A stretch of 63,965 bases of DNA, the filler included, from Thelocarpon superellum (taxonomy: Eukaryota): the NCBI GenBank assembly GCA_026025795.1. It is 5 parts of 5 records of this genome, joined end to end, with 100 filler letters (N's around TTAATTAATTAA, not from the genome) between each part and the next. Parts side by side here need not be neighbours in the genome. Positions count along the whole stretch, not along the records: positions 55,640 to 63,965 come from JAPEUG010000605.1; 4 more parts are not named here. One strand, given 5' to 3'. Of this stretch, positions 61,104 to 63,965 are shown piece after piece (position 1 is the first letter of the stretch; each line of letters begins with the position of its first letter). Position numbers and translations under genes: made by a program. The notes under the pieces are model-generated. The model ran no database searches. It was not told where the DNA came from and saw nothing but the letters and a program-made list of their open reading frames with translations.

Positions 61104-63312
61104 ATGGCTCATGAGGAGCAGAGGGTCCAGGTTGAAGTTGCCAAAAGCATCACGCCTGAACCTGACGAAGAGCAGCAGAGCGCAGGACTCCTGCCGCACG
61201 CCCACTTGAAAGATGGCGATGAAGCGCTCCTCGCCCTTGCCGGGCTTGGCGTTGGCGAGCAGCTGGTGATTGACGAGGAGACCAACCGGCGGCTGTTGAG
61301 GAAAATTGATTGGAACCTGATGCCAATCATGTGTATCGTCTACGGGCTGTTCTACTTGGACAAGACCACCTTGTCCTACGCGAGGTCCGTATGGCGAATG
61401 GGAGATGACCCTGGTGCTGCCAACTTCCACTGCTGATCACCCTCCCCGTCTCCAGCATCATGGGATTGCGAACCGATCTACACCTTGAAGGCAACGACTA
61501 CAGCTGGCTTGGATCGATTTTCTACGTGGGCTACATCCTCTGGGAATATCCGACCAGTATGAGCGACTCGCTCGCGACGCAGATGGCCGGGGAGAACGCA
61601 GGCTAATCCGTGCAGATCGCTTACTCCAACGCCTTCCGTTGGCCAAGTACTCCTCGTTCAACATCATTATCTGGGGACTGATCCTCTGTTGCATGGCCGC
61701 AACCAAAAACTTTGCCGGTGCGGTGACGGTTCGCTTTTTTCTGGGTGTGTTCGAAGCGGCAATCACGCCTGCCTTTGCCCTCTTCACCTCACAATGGTAT
61801 ACGACAAAGGAGCAAGGCATGCGCACGGGGATCTGGCAGAGTGCGTGTGGATTCGCGCAGATAGTCGGTGGATTACGTGAGTCGAACTCAGATCTGGCTG
61901 TTCGGTCCCGGAGATACCCGGCTGATGTTCCCTTCCCAGTGGCCTACGGCATCGCCCGAGGGGTGGATGTACACGGCGCAGCGATAGCCAGATGGAAGAT
62001 TGTCTTTCTCACCACGGTCCGTCCAAGGAACCTCCGAGTGGATCAGGAGAAGGAAGGCGAAGCGGGAGGCAATTGCAGCTAACAACCAGCAGGGCCTCCT
62101 CACCATCACCGTCGGTGCCGTCTTCCTGTTCATCATGCCCGACAATCAACTCAACGCGACCTGGCTCACCAAAATGGAGCGTGTGTTGGCGCTCGAGCGG
62201 ATTCGGAGCAACCAACAAGGCGTGGGCAATAAGCACTTCAAACGGTATCAGCTCAAAGAAGCCTTGACCGACCCGCTCACATGGGCCTTTACGCTCTATG
62301 CACTCGCCGGTGACATCCCCAACGGTGGTCTCTCGAATTTCTTCAGCCAGCTCATCGTGAGTTTTGGCTACACGCCGGAGCAGAGTCTCCTGGTGGGCAC
62401 GCCGTCCGGCGTGGTCGAGATCGTCGCGCTGCTATCATGTGGCTATTTCGGGGATCGATACGGACGTCGTGTCCTGATATCGCTGGTAAGGGCACCCATC
62501 CCACACCCTGTCCCAGTCTTCAGTAACCGTCCGGCTGACATGGTCGGTCTAGTCGGGCCTGGGGTGCGCGACCGTGGGTATGATCTTGATCGTCGCATTA
62601 CCGCTTTCGTGGAACGGTGGTCGACTGGTGGGGTACTACATGACGACCGCCAGTGCCACGCCATTCGTGGCCATCTTGTCTCTTATCTCGTCCAACGTGG
62701 CGGGTTATACGAAGAAGACGACCGTTGCTGCGTTGTATCTGATTGCCGTGAGCCCCACTTCGTCCATCTTTGCGCGATCCGAGAACAGGTCACTAACGAA
62801 GATTGACAGTATTGTGCTGGCAACATCATTGGTCAGTGGATCTAACCTGTCCCTTCACCTCCCACGTCAAGAAGTGCCCGAGGGCGGGGGAGACGAGATG
62901 GCTCATATATGGTGCTCCAAACAGGACCGCAAACCTTCCGAGCCAAGGACGCACCTCGCTACGTATCGGCCGAGATTACGATCATCGCGATGTGGTAGGT
63001 CATGAACGCTTCCCCTGGCCCTACTTCTTCCCCAAGCCCATTCATGCGTTTGGTCGTCCCAGTCCTCCTGTATATCCCGTTATCTCGGTACAGCGCGATC
63101 ACACATAATGGTACGCTGACGACGAGATGATGATGTTGGCGATCAACAGGGGCGTATGCATAGTCGATCTGCTATTCATCCACTTCTACTGCGCATGGCA
63201 GAACAAGCGAAAAGCCGCCCTCCGCGCCGAGGATGGCTACGTGCGCGTCAACAATCAGGAGTATCTGGACTTGACGGACCGCGAGAACCTGGAGTTTGTT
63301 TATACTCTTTGA
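61104..63312 (+). CDS. MFS anion:cation symporter, allantoate permease (Dal5)-family
   Basis: RLLRKIDWNLMP…LDKTTLSYA/SIMGL..DL.L.GNDYSWLGSIFY…RFFLGVFEAAITPAF…WYTTKEQ..R, IPNGGL.NF, SNVAGYTKK, YCAGNIIGPQTF…DAPRY, DLTDRENLEFVYTL*; eight GT-AG introns. Confidence 0.93.
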
Positions 63313-63965
63313 CTGACTTGACTTTGTCCTCTGCTATCTTCGTTGATTTCCATACATTTGTATACGTGTATATGTATGTGCAAGGAGCCGATACAGACAC
63401 GCACTTTCATGGTCAATGTACACACTATCTGGTGCTGATGAGCCAAGGCTTACCTAGACCTCTACGCACGCATGACTGAACGCCCCACTGAACGCGTAAT
63501 TGGAGCCATTGCCCAGGCCTTTGCATTACTGAACTTATCCAGTTGATGGCACAAGTGGCTACTGGCATAGGGAGAGGGCAAATGTAGCCTGCTTCTCAAT
63601 CTCTCGACGAAGAATCAAGTACATCATGTGCTTATACATGCAGGCATGCAGTCTTCGACCAGAGCTTTAGCGAAGCATTCATGTGTATACCCAGAAGCTC
63701 CAGTTAAGCCTCCAGTTGAACACGGGCCTAGAGCTTTGGTGACGCCCTGCGTCGCTAGCACCCTTTGCTAGGCCCAGTAAGCCTCTAACTAAAGACTAGT
63801 AGTCTTTCAAAAGTGCGTGCGGTTCTTGTAGACATGCGTGTCCGTATCAGCTCCCTAACGTTAACATACTCAGTAGTCGCTTGAGGATGTGGCTAAAGCG
63901 GCATTGGGTGAAGAGGTGGGGCGGCCATGGACAAGGTGCAACGGACCTCACAAAAGCAGCGTCCG

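Noticed and set aside
1..63965. tRNA or rRNA genes
   Set aside because: No cloverleaf with a T-loop in proper context and no rRNA-like segment was recognised by eye; a covariance-model scan is needed to exclude them.

Overview
GC-rich, intron-containing DNA from a filamentous ascomycete (Pezizomycotina; the exact lineage cannot be determined). The window is five separate contigs joined by artificial 100-nt spacers (N-run/TTAATTAATTAA/N-run) at 13844, 27786, 41679 and 55540. The contigs appear size-sorted (>=13843, 13842, 13793, 13761 nt), so neighbourhoods across gaps are meaningless. Contig 1: Mpv17/PMP22 protein, TRAPP-II Trs65, Prp40, a small Gly-tailed membrane protein and RLI1/ABCE1. Contig 2: LTR-like relic, SRPK-like kinase, a probable pseudogene, a LIM-RhoGAP and the 3' end of ASK1. 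Contig 3 is the accessory region. It holds the 5' end of PTH2, a full-length two-gene PIF/Harbinger-type transposon (TIRs, ATT target duplication) destroyed by near-complete CpG transition mutation, an orphan secreted protein, a hidden ~13-unit 42-bp array, a Tri101-like acyltransferase, a DHA2 MFS pump and a solo-LTR-like relic. Contig 4: a large coiled-coil protein with PAM2-like motifs, an orphan 3-exon gene and a GH17 glucanase. Contig 5: a glycosyltransferase-like gene, a COG7-like gene, an RS-domain-fused Hub1-like ubiquitin-like protein, a 14-bp minisatellite and an allantoate-permease-family MFS. All assignments come from manual reading and recalled motifs; no searches were run.
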